From Felis catus (taxonomy: Eukaryota), in assembly GCF_018350175.1 (NCBI RefSeq), contig NC_058368.1:54748001-54812000 (forward strand): DNA of 64,000 nucleotides, given 5' to 3'. A model generated the notes under the pieces. The model searched no databases. It saw nothing but the letters and a program-made list of their open reading frames with translations, and had not been told where the DNA came from. Below, piece by piece: positions 51,810-64,000 of the stretch (position 1 is its first letter; every line of letters begins with the position of its first letter). The translations under genes were made by a program, and so were the position numbers.

Positions 51810-54800
51810 TCAGGATCCACATAAGAGTGAGACCATATGGTATCTGTCTTTCTCTGTATGGCTTATTTCACTTAGCATCACACTCTCCAGTTCCATCCAC
51901 GTTGCTACAAAAGGCCATATTTCATTTTTTCTCATTGCCACGTAGTACTCCATTGTGTATATAAACCACAATTTCTTTATCCATTCATCAGTTGATGGAC
52001 ATTTAGGCTCTTTCCATAATTTGGCTATTGTTGAGAGTACTGCTATGAACATTGGGGTACAAGTGGCCCTATGCATCAGTACTCCTGTATCCCTTGGATA
52101 AATTCCTAGCAGTGCTATTGCTGGGTCATAGCGTAGGTCTATTTTTAATTTTCTAAGGAACCTCCACACTGCTTTCCAGAGCGGCTGCACCAATTTGCAT
52201 TCCCACCAACAGTGCAAGAGGGTTCCCGTTTCTCCACATCCTCGCCAGCATCTATAGTCTCCTGATTTGTTCATTTTGGCCACTCTGACTGGCGTGAGGT
52301 GATACCTGAGTGTGGTTTTGATTTGTATTTCCCTGATAAGGAGCGACGCTGAACATCTTTTCATGTGCCTGTTGGCCATCCGGATGTCTTCTTTAGAGAA
52401 GTGTCTATTCATGTTTTCTGCCCGTTTCTTCACTGGGTTATTTGTTTTTCGGGTGTGGAGTTTGGGGAGCTCTTTATAGATTTTGGATACTAGCCCTTTG
52501 TCCGATATGTCATTTGCGAATATCTTTTCCCATTCCGTTGGTTGCCTTTTAGTTTTGTTGGTTGTTTCCTTTGCTGTGCAGAAGCTTTTTATCTTCATAA
52601 GGTCCCAGTAATTCACTTTTGCTTTTAATTCCCTTGCCTTTGGGGATGTGTTGAGTAAGAGATTGCTACAGCTGAGGTCAGAGAGGTCTTTTCCTGCTTT
52701 CTCCTCTAAGGTTTGGATGGTTTCCTGTCTCACATTTAGGTCCTTTATCCATTTTGAGTTTATTTTTGTGAATGGTGTGAGAAAGTGGTCTAGTTTCAAC
52801 CTTCTGCATGTTGCTGTCCAGTTCTCCCAGCACCATTTGTTAAAGAGGCTGTCTTTTTTCCATTGGATGTTCTTTCCTGCTTTGTCAAAGATGAGTTGGC
52901 CATACGTTTGTGGGTCTAGTTCTGGGGTTTCTATTCTATTCCATTGGTCTATGTGTCTGTTTTTGTGCCAATACCATGCTGTCTTGATGATGACAGCTTT
53001 GTAGTAGAGGCTAAAGTCTGGGATTGTGATGCCTCCTGCTTTGGTCTTCTTCTTCAAAATTCCTTTGGCTATTCGGGGCCTTTTGTGGTTCCCTATGAAT
53101 TTTAGGATTGCTTGTTCTAGCTTCGAGAAGAATGCTGGTGCAATTTTGATTGGGATTGCATTGAATGTGTAGATAGCTTTGGGTAGTATTGACATTTTGA
53201 CAATATTTATTCTTCCAATCCATGAGCAGGGAATGTCTTTCCATTTCTTTAAATCTTCTTCAATTTCCTTCATAAGCTTTCTATAGTTTTCAGCATACAG
53301 ATCCTTTACATCTTTGGTTAGATTTATTCCTAGGTATTTTATGCTTCTTGGTGCAATTGTGAATGGGATCAGTTTCTTTATTTGTCTTTCTGTTGCTTCA
53401 TTGTTAGTGTATAAGAATGCAACTGATTTCTGTACATTGATTTTGTATCCTGCAACTTTGCTGAATTCCTGTATCAGTTCTAGCAGACTTTTGGTGGAGT
53501 CTATCGGATTTTCCATGTATAATATCATGTCATCTGCAAAAAGCGAAAGCTTGACTTCATCTTTGCCAATTTGGATGCCTTTGATTTCCTTTTGCTGTCT
53601 GATTGCTGATGCTAGAACTTCCAGCACTATGTTAAACAGCAGCGGTGAGAGTGGGCAACCTTGTCGTGTTCCTGATCTCAGGGAAAAAGCTCTCAGTTCT
53701 TCCCCGTTGAGGATGATGTTAGCTGTGGGCTGTTCATAAATGGCTTTTATGATCTTTAAGTATGTTCCTTCTATCCCGACTTTCTCAAGGGTTTTTATTA
53801 AGAAAGGGTGCTGGATTTTGTCAAAGGCCTTTTCTGCATCGATTGACAGGATCATATGGTTCTTCTCTTTTTTTTTGTTAATGTGATGTATCACGTTGAT
53901 TGATTTGCGAATGTTGAACCAGCCCTGCATCCCAGGAATGAATCCCACTTGATCATGGTGAATCATTCTTTTTATATGCCGTTGAATTCGATTTGCTAGT
54001 ATCTTATTGAGAATTTTTGCATCCATATTCATCAGGGATATTGGCCTGTAGTTCTCTTTTTTTACTGGGTCTCTGTCTGGTTTAGGAATCAAAGTAATAC
54101 TGGCTTCATAGAAGGAGTCTGGAAGTTTTCCTTCCCTTTCTATTTCTTGGAATAGCTTGAGAAGGATAGGTATTATCTCTGCTTTAAACGTCTGGTAGAA
54201 CTCCCCTGGGAAGCCATCTGGTCCTGGACTCTTATTTGTTGGGAGATTTTTGATAACCGATTCAATTTCTTCGCTGGTTATGGGTCTGTTCAAGCTTTCT
54301 ATTTCCTCCTGATTGAGTTTTGGAAGAGTGTGGGTGTTCAGGAATTTGTCCATTTCTTCCAGGTTGTCCAATTTGTTGGCATATAATTTTTCATAGTATT
54401 CCCTGATAATTGTTTGTATCTCTGAGGGATTGGTTGTAATCATTCCATTTTCATTCATGATTTTATCTATTTGGGTCATCTCCCTTTTCTTTTTGAGAAG
54501 CCTGGCTAGAGGTTTGTCAATTTTGTTTATTTTTTCAAAAAACCACCTCTTGGTTTCGTTGATCTGCTCTACAGTTTTTTTAGATTCTATATTGTTTATT
54601 TCTGCTCTGATCTTTATTATTTCTCTTCTTCTGCTGGGTTTAGGCTGCCTTTGCTGTTCTGCTTCTAGTTCCTTTAGGTGTGCTGTTAGATTTTGTATTG
54701 GGGATTTTTCTTGTTTCTGAGATAGGCCTGGATTGCAATGTATTTTCCTCTCAGGACTGCCTTCGCTGCGTCCCAAAGCGTTTGGATGGTTGTATTTTCA

Positions 54801-55630
54801 TTTTCGTTTGTTACCATATATATTTTTAATTTCTTCTCTAATTGCCTGGTTGACCCACTCATTCATTAGTAGGGTGTTCTTTAACCTCCATGCTTTTGGA
54901 GGTTTTCCAGACTTTTTTCTGTGGTTGATTTCAAGCTTCATAGCATTGTGGTCTGAAAGTAAGCATGGTATAATTTCAATTCTTGTAAACTGATGAAGGG
55001 CTGTTTTGTGACCCAGTATATGATCTATCTTGGAGAATGTTCCATGTGCACTCGAGAAGAAAGTATATTCTGTTGCTTTGGGATGCAGAGTTCTAAATAT
55101 ATCTGTCAAGTCCATCTGATCCAATGTCTCATTCAGGGCCCTTGTTTCTTTATTGACCGTGTGTCTAGATGATCTGTCCATTTCTGTAAGTGGGGTGTTA
55201 AAGTCCCCTGCAATTACCACATTCTTATCAATAAGGTTGCTTATGTTTATGAGTAATTGTTTTATATATTTGGGGGCTCCGGTATTCGGCGCATAGACAT
55301 TCATAATTGTTAGCTCTTCCTGATGGATAGACCCTGTAACTATTATATAATGCCCTTCTTCATCTCTTGTTACAGCCTTTACTTTAAAGTCTAGTTTGTC
55401 TGATATAAGTATGGCTACTCCAGCTTTCTTTTGGCTTCCAGTCGCATGATCAATAGTTCTCCATCCCCTCTCAATCTAAAGGTGTCCTCAGGTCTAAAAT
55501 GAGTCTCTTATAGACAGCAAATAGATGGGTCTTGTTTTTTTCTCCATTCTGATACCCTATGTCTTTTGGTTGGTGCATTTAATCCATTTACATTCAGTGT
55601 TATTATAGAAAGATACGGGTTTAGAGTCAT
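51810..55630 (-). pseudogene. L1 ORF2; EN region disrupted, RT and C-terminus open (~51810-54715)
   Basis: Nonsense near 55508-55510, 4-nt deletion near 55470, compensating indels near 54820 and 54718; QGCPLSP, FADD and Cys motifs intact. Confidence 0.96.
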
Positions 55631-55680
55631 TGTGATGTCTGTATGTTTTATGCTTGTAGTGATGTCTCTGGGACTTTGTC

Positions 55681-56575
55681 TCACAGGGTCCCCCTTAGGA
55701 TCTCTTGTAGGGCTGGTTTAGTGGTGACAAATTCCTTCAGTTTTTGTTTGTTTGGGAAGACCTTTATCTCTCCTTCTATTCTAAATGACAGACTTGCTGG
55801 ATAAAGGATTCTTGGCTGCATTATTTTTTCTGTCTAGCACCCTGAAAATCTCGTGCCAATTCTTTCTGGCCTGCCAAGTTTCAAAAGAGAGATCAGTCAC
55901 GAGTCATATAGGTCTCCTTTTATATGTGAGGGCACGTTTACCCCTTGCTGCTTTCAGAATTTTCTCTTTATCCTTGTATTTTGCCAGTTTCACTATGATA
56001 TGTCGTGCAGAAGATCGATTCAAGTTACGTCTGAAGGGAGTTCTCTGTGCCTCTTGGATTTCAATGCCTTTTTCCTTCCCCAGTTCAGGGAAGTTCTCAG
56101 GTATAATTTCTTCAAGTACCCCTTCAGCACCTTTCCCTCTCTCTTCCTCCTCTGGGATACCAATTATGCGTATATTATTTCTTTTTAGTGTATCACTTAG
56201 TTCTCTAATTTTCCCCTCATACTCCTGGATTTTTTTATCTCTCTTTTTCTCAGCTTCCTCTTTTTCCATAACTTTATCTTCTAGTTCACCTATTCTCTCC
56301 TCTGCCTCTTCAAGCCGAGCTGTGGTGGTTTCCATTTTGTTATGCATTTCGTTTAAAGCGTTTTTCAGCTCCTCGTGACTTGTCCTTAGTCCCTTGATCT
56401 CTGTAGCAAGAGATTCTCTGCTGTCCTCTATACTGTTTTCAAGCCCAGCGATTAATTTCATGACTATTATTCTAAATTCACTTTCTGTTATATTATTTAA
56501 ATCCTTTTTGATCAGCTCATTAGCTGTTGTTATTTCCTGGAGATTCTTCTGAGGGGAATTCTTCCGCTTGGTCAT
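55681..56575 (-). pseudogene. L1 ORF1, disrupted
   Basis: Open from MTKRKN to a premature TGA at 55904-55906; further +1 insertion near 55821. Confidence 0.95.
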
Positions 56576-57501
56576 TTTGGATAGTCCCTGGCGTGGTGAG
56601 GACCTGCAGGGCACTTCCCCTGTGCTGTGGTGTATAACTGGAGTTGGTGGGCGGGGCCACAGTCAGACCTGATGTCTGCCCCCAGCCCACCGCTGGGGCC
56701 ACAGTCAGACTGGTGTGTGCCTTCTCTTCCCCTCTCCTAGGGGCGGGATTCACTGTGGGGTGGTGTGGCCCGTCTGGGCTACTTGCACACTGCCAGGCTT
56801 GTGATGCTGGGGATCTGGCGTATTAGCAGGGGTGGGTAGGCAAGGTGCACAGGGGCAGGAGGGGCAGGCTTAGATCGCTTCTCCTTAGGTGATCCACTTC
56901 AGGAGGGGCCCTGTGGCAGCAGGAGGGAGTCAGATCCGCTGCCGGAGGTTTGGGTCTGCAGAAGCACAGAGTTGGTGTTTGTGCGGAACAAGCAAGTTCC
57001 CTGGTAGGAACTGGTTCCCTTTGGGATTTTGGCTGGGGGATGGGCGGGGGAGATGGCGCTGGCGAGCGCCTTTGTTCCCCACCAAGCTGAGCTCTGTCGT
57101 CAGGGGGCTCAGCAGCTCTCCCTCCCTTTGTCCTCCAGCCTTCTAGCTTTCCGAGCAGAGCTGTTAACTTATGACCTCCCAGACGCTAAGTCATGCTTGT
57201 TGTGGGAACACAGTCTGTCAGGCCCCTCCGCTTTTGCAAGCCAGACTCAGGGGCTCTGCTTGGCTGGCGAGCCGCCCTTCAGCCCCGGCTCCCTCCCGCC
57301 AGTCCGTGGAGCGCTCACCGCCTCGCCGCCCTTCCTACCCTCTTCCGTGGGCCTCTCATCTGCGTTTGGCTCTGGCGACTCCGTTCTGCTAATCCTCTGG
57401 CGGTTTTCTGGGTTATTTAGGCAGGCGTAGGTGGAATCTAAGTGATCAGCAGGACGCGCGGTGAGCCCAGCGTCCTCCTAAGCCACCATCTCGCAAACCT
57501 C
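56576..57501 (-). promoter_or_regulatory. L1 5'UTR internal promoter with the YY1 site mutated
   Basis: Colinear with 12594-13520; GCCACCATCTCG replaces GCCGCCATCTTG. Confidence 0.75.
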
Positions 57502-57568
57502 TAGCAGTGTTTTTCAATACTGACCAAAATTTGTATGAAAATGCAAATGATCAAAGATAGTGAAAATA

Positions 57569-57792
57569 GGGGCGCCTGGGTGGCGCAGTCGGTTAAGGGT
57601 CCGACTTCAGCCAGGTCACGATCTGGCGGTCCGTGAGTTCGAGCCCCGCGTCAGGCTCTGGGCTGATGGCTCGGAGCCTGGAGCCTGTTTCCGATTCTGT
57701 GTCTCCCTCTCTCTCTGCCCCTCGCCCGTTCATGCTCTGTCTCTCTCTGTCCCAAAAATAAATAAACGTTGAAAAAAAAATTAAAAAAAAAA
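57569..57792 (+). mobile_element. Young feline CanSINE
   Basis: TSD AAAGATAGT(G/C)AAAATA at 57553-57568 and 57793-57808. Confidence 0.97.
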
Positions 57793-57855
57793 AAAGATAG
57801 TCAAAATATCTTTAAGGACACAGTTGAAGACTTAAGATGCTAGATATTAAGAACT

Positions 57856-58056
57856 TTTTTTTAAAAGTTTACTTATTTACTTGAGAGAGAGAGAGAATGC
57901 ACAAGTGGGGAAGGGGCAGAGAGAGAGAGAGAATCCCAAGTAGGCTCCCCATACCACGGGGCCTGACATGGGGCTCCAACTTATGAACTGTGAGATCATG
58001 ACCTGAGTCAAAACCAAGAGTCACACACTTAACTAACTGAGATACCCATGTGCCCC
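57856..58056 (-). mobile_element. Older CanSINE
   Basis: Reverse-complement head, AG tract and T-tail. Confidence 0.9.
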
Positions 58057-59119
58057 GAGACTTTTTTAAAATTGTAATAAGTAAAACAGTAGAATATTAG
58101 TACAAGAATAAATAGATGCATAGGAGTGACAGAATGGAGAAATCAACCTAATATATATGTGATCAACAGTTTTACAATAAAGTGACTGTAATGCCATTAC
58201 TATGGCTTGGGGCAGGAATGCTATTTTCAATAAATCTGGTATTTGAGTTCCATGCACTCTCTGCATATCAAATTAGTATCATATCAGCTCAAAAATTAAT
58301 ATCCACCTACAGAGGATAGATGTAGAATGAATCTGATCATAAAGTTTAAGAAGTGGCAATGGGGTGGCAGTTAGGAGAAGTGTATCAGTTAAATGCAAAC
58401 CAAAAAAAAAAAAATAGGGCTTATATAATAAATAGTAAAATGTAGAGTGAAAATATCAGTCAAAGATGATCTGGTGTTTTGAACAGAAACTACAATTACA
58501 GTATAAAAATCATAGATTAAGTAACACTAGAGCAGATAAAATGCAGATTGTTAGCAATTTAAGAAGAAATTATTAGAATATCATTGATAATGAGCGTATT
58601 TTAATGCATATCTCTCTTAATTTGATAGGTCTAACTCTCAAATATAATATGCATTTGTGATAATAAGTACTCATCAAAAAGTATGCTGAGCTACACTTTC
58701 TGTTGCTAAAGCAATAATTTTTTTAAACATCAACTAATGTAACACAGTGGTAACTATAAGAAACGAGAGAATTACTGACTGAATTCATTGATTGTGATAG
58801 AACATACCACTATGTACTAACTGCAAAGATGAAAACTAAACATCCTAACACTTATGACTTCTTTTCACTTTCTGTAACTATGAAGGTGCTCAGTCGGGGA
58901 TTATGAATACCGTTAATTTATATATTTAAGTCTTATGGAAAAGATCACACAGTAATGTGTTTCATTACACAAACAAAACATTGGGTGCTTTTGGAATTCA
59001 CAGAAGGGGCCTCTTTTCCTATGTGAAGGAATCATAAGGAATCATAAGATAAAAGGCATAGAGGTTATAAAACATAAAACTTTAAAACCCTGAAAAATAC
59101 TCATCAGTATACATCCAAT

Positions 59120-59121
<2 letters not shown>

Positions 59122-59166
<45 letters not shown>
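59122..59166. repeat. (GT)n microsatellite
   Basis: Perfect dinucleotide run. Confidence 0.95.
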
Positions 59167-59170
<4 letters not shown>

Positions 59171-59802
59171 GTGCGCGTGTACTCGTCTCAGTTAACATCA
59201 TCATTTATCTTGTTAACGAATACAGTTTGCTCCATCAATGATTTTCTCAGTCAGTTATTGCCCTTGAGGGTCAAACAGGAAAACTCTGCCCCCTTTCCTT
59301 GCTGGGGGTCAGCTCTACAGCCAGTTTTGTAGATTCATGTGTTGTGATAGAAGAGATGAAACTTTCATTAGTACTTCTTCTAACTCTGCATTTTTTTTCA
59401 TGTTGAACTCTCTTCTCCATTAATTTATTGATTTCCCTGTCCCTTTTACCTATACCTTTCCTGCTACTCTAACACATGAAAAGCCCAGATATGCCTGATA
59501 ATCACTTCAGTCCAAAATTCATTTTTTAAAGTGTTTCACATCTCACTTTTGTTCCATTAGTCTTTTTATTTTGTTTTGATTGGTTAAATATGTAAATGTA
59601 TAATGAGTAGGTTTTAAAATGTATTTCATGAACTGCATGTTGAAGAATACTTTTTTAAATTTTTTCTTACAAGTGTTATGAATGTTAATTAAATTTGTAC
59701 ATCTGAGATATTAATATGAAATGAACTTAAAAGAATGTTTCATCAGAACTGTGTTACAACACTAATAAGTTTAAATAAGTTATTTATTTTGGAAAAATAT
59801 TT

Positions 59803-60033
59803 TTATTTTTTTAAATTTTTTAATGTTTATTTTTGAGAGACAGAGAGAGAGACAGCACAAGTGGAAGAAGGACAGAGAGAGAGGGAGACACAGAATCTGA
59901 AGCAGGCTCCAGATTCTGGAGACAGCTCTGAGCTGTCAGCACAGAGGCTACACAGAGCTCAAACCCACGAAGTGCAAGATCATGACCTGAGCTGAAGTCA
60001 GATGCTTAACTGACTGAGCCACCCAGGTGCCCC
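59803..60033 (-). mobile_element. CanSINE with a small internal insertion
   Basis: Feline SINE; extra bases near 59912-59925. Confidence 0.93.
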
Positions 60034-60525
60034 TAGAAGGATATTTTTAAATATGCATTTTAACATTTATAATTTGAGAAATGCTCATTATAAATTTCAA
60101 TATATTTGCACCATATTTATATCCTAGCATGTATGTTGAATGTTGGGTAGCTGTAATTTTTCAAAATTCTGATATTTTTTTAAAAAGTATTACTTAAAAT
60201 GTATTTATTTTTCTTAAAAGGCGGAAATCAACTCCACATATATATTTGTGTGTGTACATATTTATATATACACACACACATATATATTCTCCTTTCTTCA
60301 TAGTATTTAGCTTTAACCTATATTAGCATTAAAAATTTTAGCATTAAGAGATTCATTCCAACGTGATAATAATTAAGAACATTAGTCTTTTCTTATGTAT
60401 TTTCTCTTAGTTTATATACTAAAGACACTATATATTTAGTGAATATACTAATAATTTTGTTTTGTTAGAAATATTTATTGTGTATTTTATATATTTTACT
60501 AGGGCTTCTATAAAATATCTATTTT

Positions 60526-60722
60526 AGGAACACCTGGGTGGCTCACTTGGTTAAACGTCAGAATCTTGATTTTGGATCAGGTCATGATCTCATGGTTTGT
60601 GAGTTCAAGCCCTGCATCGGGCTCTGTGCTGACAGTGTGGAGACTGCTTGGGATTCTGTCTCCTCTTCTCTCTGACCCTCCCTTGCCAGCTCTTTGTATC
60701 TTTCTCAAAAGTAAATAAAAAT
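60526..60722 (+). mobile_element. CanSINE
   Basis: Head and tail; flanking TCTATTTTA repeat. Confidence 0.92.
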
Positions 60723-61549
60723 AACACTGTAAATACTCTATTTTAAATAAATACTCATGATTTTAAATATTCTAAAAACTGTTAATTATTTGTAGGTAGA
60801 TGTGGATGCACATTCATATATTTTAACATCACATGTGTATATATAATGAAGACAAAAGTAGTGACTTTCTGATTTACAGTGATTTTTGAAAAATAGCCCC
60901 TCCTCACAGATAGGAATTTATAGATGTGACTGGAAGAGGGATGACAATGAATACAGTTCTTGATTCCCTGCCTCCTTGGCATGCGCTATTATGAAAAGAA
61001 AGAAATTAATTATTTGGATGGGATACCCAACGTAAGCAACTTATCTGATACATCATGTTTGGCTGCTCCTGTTTTTTGTTTTTGTTTTTGTTTTTTACCT
61101 TTTACCCCTATAAGTGCCACTGGTTTTGCCTTTTTTTTTTTCCTCTGTTAGGTTCACTCTAAAATAAATGAATGTGCACTTAGTTCAAGTATTTATTTTC
61201 ATAAACAAGCAATTTCAACCACTACATTAGTTCTTTTTGCTCTCACTCAATTTATACTTGGTATTTGTGATAACATACATGACAACACATCTACAGAACT
61301 ATAAATAAGACAGAGCTATTTGGAAGCTGGAGAGAGGGTAGTAGAGCAAAGATTCCCCCCCATCAATATCAACACTGCCTTCATTTTTCATCTATGAGGG
61401 AGCTACTTAATATGGTGAGACTAAGAAAGAATTTTGATAAAAACACAAACATTACAAAATTTGGTATCATTTTCTTAAAGAAAAATCCTGTTTTTTATTA
61501 TTGTAATGCAGCAAATCACTATCTTCTCATCCCTTTATAATTTACTCTC

Positions 61550-61754
61550 TTTTTTTTAAGCTTACTTATTTTGAGAGAGAGACAGAGAGAGAGCACAGGA
61601 GGGGTAGAGAGAGGGAGAGAGAGAGAATACCAAGCAAACTCCACAATGTCAGCACATAGCTCAATGTAGAGCTCGAAAATACAAACAGTGAGATCCTGAC
61701 TTGAGCTGAAGTCGAGAGTGGGATGCTTAAACAACTGAGCTACCCGGGCACCCC
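61550..61754 (-). mobile_element. Older CanSINE
   Basis: TSD approximately ATA(A/G)TTTACTCT. Confidence 0.92.
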
Positions 61755-62601
61755 GATAGTTTACTCTTATTTCAAAGCCTGACACTTAACATTTAAAATT
61801 TCATCATTTTTTTTCCAAGAAGCAAAGGTGTTCTAGAGTAAAAGTTAATTTCTAAGTTATGCTTTTCATAGCTCTTTAGATGTAAACATGAGAAGTAATT
61901 AAATTCACAATTCCACCCTTATTCTTGGACCTTTTAATTCTCACAGTTTCTTTTTTCATTAGAGGATCAAAGAGGATGCATTCAGTAAATGTACCCCATT
62001 ACAATCCTTTAGATTGAAACTACAGGTTCTCTACCCCTGCTGGTAAAGCATCTGCTTCTCTAGTGAGCTGTGCTTGTTTGGATCAAACTTGAAGAACATT
62101 TCTATTAGCTCTTTTGTAAGTACACTAACAAATTATCTTTAAGTACTTCTATAATACAGAAAAATAACAACAGGTCTTTAACATTTCTCAAAAGAAAAGA
62201 CTGTTTTGATAACATAAAAATAATATATGCATGAAACAAGCAGGCTAGCGAGGTTAATCACTTCAAAGGTCTAATTTAAGATGCAATTATGGATCGCTCA
62301 GTCTGCTTCATGGGGACCATGAGAATTCTAAATCAGAGTGGGTATAAGTTATAGCTCTTTTCTATTTAATTTACTTATTTCAGAACAGAAGTTTTTCATA
62401 ACTAATGTGACTATATATCATTCTGCCAATTGAAAAAAAAAAGCTCCCTTAGGTAGAGTTTCCCAAAAATAAAATTATTTTTCTAATTTTTTTGTAAAAT
62501 GGGTAAATGTTTTCCCTTTTCTGAAAACAAATGCAACATTTAGATATTTAGTTCTAAGAAGAAATGTCTGGACTTACTTAAAGCTTTTATAAAGGTTTTT
62601 T

Positions 62602-62824
62602 TAAATTTATTTTATTTTTTTAACGTTTATTTATTTTTGAGACAGAGAGAGACAGAGCATGAACAGGGGAGGGGCAGAGAGAGAGGGAGACACAGAATCT
62701 GAAACAGGCTGCAGGCTCTGAGAGGTCAGCACAGAGCCCGACGCGGGGCTCGAACTCACGGACCGTGAGATCATGACCTGAGCCAAAGTCGGGCGCCTAA
62801 TCAACCAAGCCACCCAGGCGCCCC
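62602..62824 (-). mobile_element. Feline CanSINE
   Basis: TSD TAAAGGTTTTTT at 62590-62601 and 62825-62836. Confidence 0.96.
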
Positions 62825-64000
62825 TAAAGGTTTTTTTTTTAAATGAAGACAACTAAAATGATGATTCTTTCTGAAAGATCAAATGCAAAGTTGGGTATTT
62901 TCATAATTAATTTGGCCATCAGTGATTGCTTTATTAAACATGGTATATCTGATTTCATGTAATGGTACACAAAGATGTGCTACCTTCATCACTTCCTAGT
63001 TAACTACTAGTCAAAACATTTCATCATAGGCCAGGATTTGGTTCTTATGGCGGGAATAATTACAGTTTTAGAAAGTGACCACTTCCTCAGAATGGAATAA
63101 ATCTTTACAAATCCATCCAGGACCTTACTACTGCTAGTACTAAATTTGTCATACACTAATCCTGCCTTCTGAGTGTTTGTGCTCGTACTGTAGTAAAATA
63201 ATGTCCATCTTATGGACAGAGCATCCTTCTTACACTTTTTATGCTACTCACATAGCAAAGGTGTGCAATTAACATAGTACAGACACATGAAATATAATAG
63301 CAAAATATTCCTGCAATTTCCTAATCATTAAATCAATCAGTCAGAGTTTTAAATGAAAGCAAATGCTTTATTATTCATTAAGTATATATCAAGTGTGAAG
63401 TAAAATAATCTAGGGATTCATCCTTCTGAATTGATAGTAAAATCTAAAGGGAAGAAATACATATGAGATAAAAATTCTTTCTGAACTTATTAATGTAAAA
63501 TTGAGTGTTTCATTCCTGATTGCATTCCTAACGTGTGGAGACTATTAAAACCTAACCTGATCCCATTATTTATTAGCATGGGTATTCCTTCATATTTTCT
63601 GCAAAAATAGTTATAACATAAACAATTTATATACCATATTTACATTAAAATGTATGAAAATGCTACACTTAAGATGTATTATTGACACCTTATGGGATAT
63701 ATATCTTCCCTTGTGAACATTACTTTTCATTCATTCAATTGTCTCGATGTACTTGCTTGTGTAACTCAAAAGTTCTCTGAACTAAATTCAAATGTTCATA
63801 TAGACCTTCAAAAAATTTAATCATTTTAAAACACCAAATTTTCAAGGATCAGTTTATAATTATTCTCTTATAATATTTATAATCAATTCTGATGAATGAT
63901 TTCAATCAGTGAGTCACACTAAATCAAATATTTGACAAGTAGCTTGGGCAATAAGATTTGTGGTAACCTATTAATATTTGCAAATCTGGCTCTCTGTATG

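Larger units (their letters stand above)
51578..57501 (-). mobile_element. Full-length young feline LINE-1 (copy 2), inactivated
   Basis: 5'UTR, ORF1, ORF2, 3'UTR and a short poly(A); 14-bp TSD TAGCAGTGTTTTTC at 51564-51577 and 57502-57515. Confidence 0.98.
57502..58300 (+). mobile_element. Ancient L1M ORF2 relic, right part, interrupted by two SINEs
   Basis: AAAATTTGTATGAAAATGCAAATGATCAAAGATAG (KFIWKCKGPRI-like) continues the relic ending at 51577. Confidence 0.7.

Noticed and set aside
51810..54776. 988-aa RT ORF as a novel or domesticated reverse transcriptase
   Set aside because: It is ordinary L1 ORF2 downstream of frameshifts; its first ~20 residues are out of frame and it lacks the endonuclease.
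7559..57501. Segmental duplication or assembly duplication of one L1
   Set aside because: Flanks, TSDs, tails and inactivating lesions differ between the copies.
61955..62045. Short frame RIKEDAFSKCTPLQSFRLKL after an acceptor-like site, vaguely LRR-like
   Set aside because: Too short, no good donor site, followed by a stop; likely chance.
1..64000. CRISPR arrays, prokaryotic operons, functional tRNA genes or retroviral gag/pol/env
   Set aside because: No repeat-spacer array or such ORFs were seen; tRNA-like boxes belong to SINE heads and the LTRs appear to be solo.

Overview
Mammalian, not microbial, DNA. This is an AT-rich, repeat-dense stretch of a felid (cat-family) genome, judged from about 25 tRNA-derived CanSINEs of the feline type and two young feline LINE-1 elements. 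I recognise no host protein-coding exon, so it is intergenic or deep intronic. It holds two full-length (~5.9-6.0 kb), same-orientation, minus-strand L1s about 44 kb apart, each with a clean target-site duplication (TSD) and each inactivated by stops or frameshifts. It also holds a full-length U6 snRNA retrocopy, several ancient L1M, MaLR/ERVL LTR, hAT MITE, MIR and L2 relics, and microsatellites. All long ORFs in the track are L1 ORF1/ORF2 pieces; most short ones are SINE, microsatellite or antisense-shadow artefacts. I cannot support a new multi-gene system. The best leads are: (i) an ORF0-like 125-codon antisense ORF open in both L1 5'UTRs; (ii) contrasting L1 5' ends (13 extra nt and an intact YY1 site versus a mutated YY1 site); (iii) a ~170-bp fold-back palindrome at 19081-19262; (iv) a complex templated insertion at ~39650-40735. 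Repeat family names come from my recall of consensus sequences, not from a database search.
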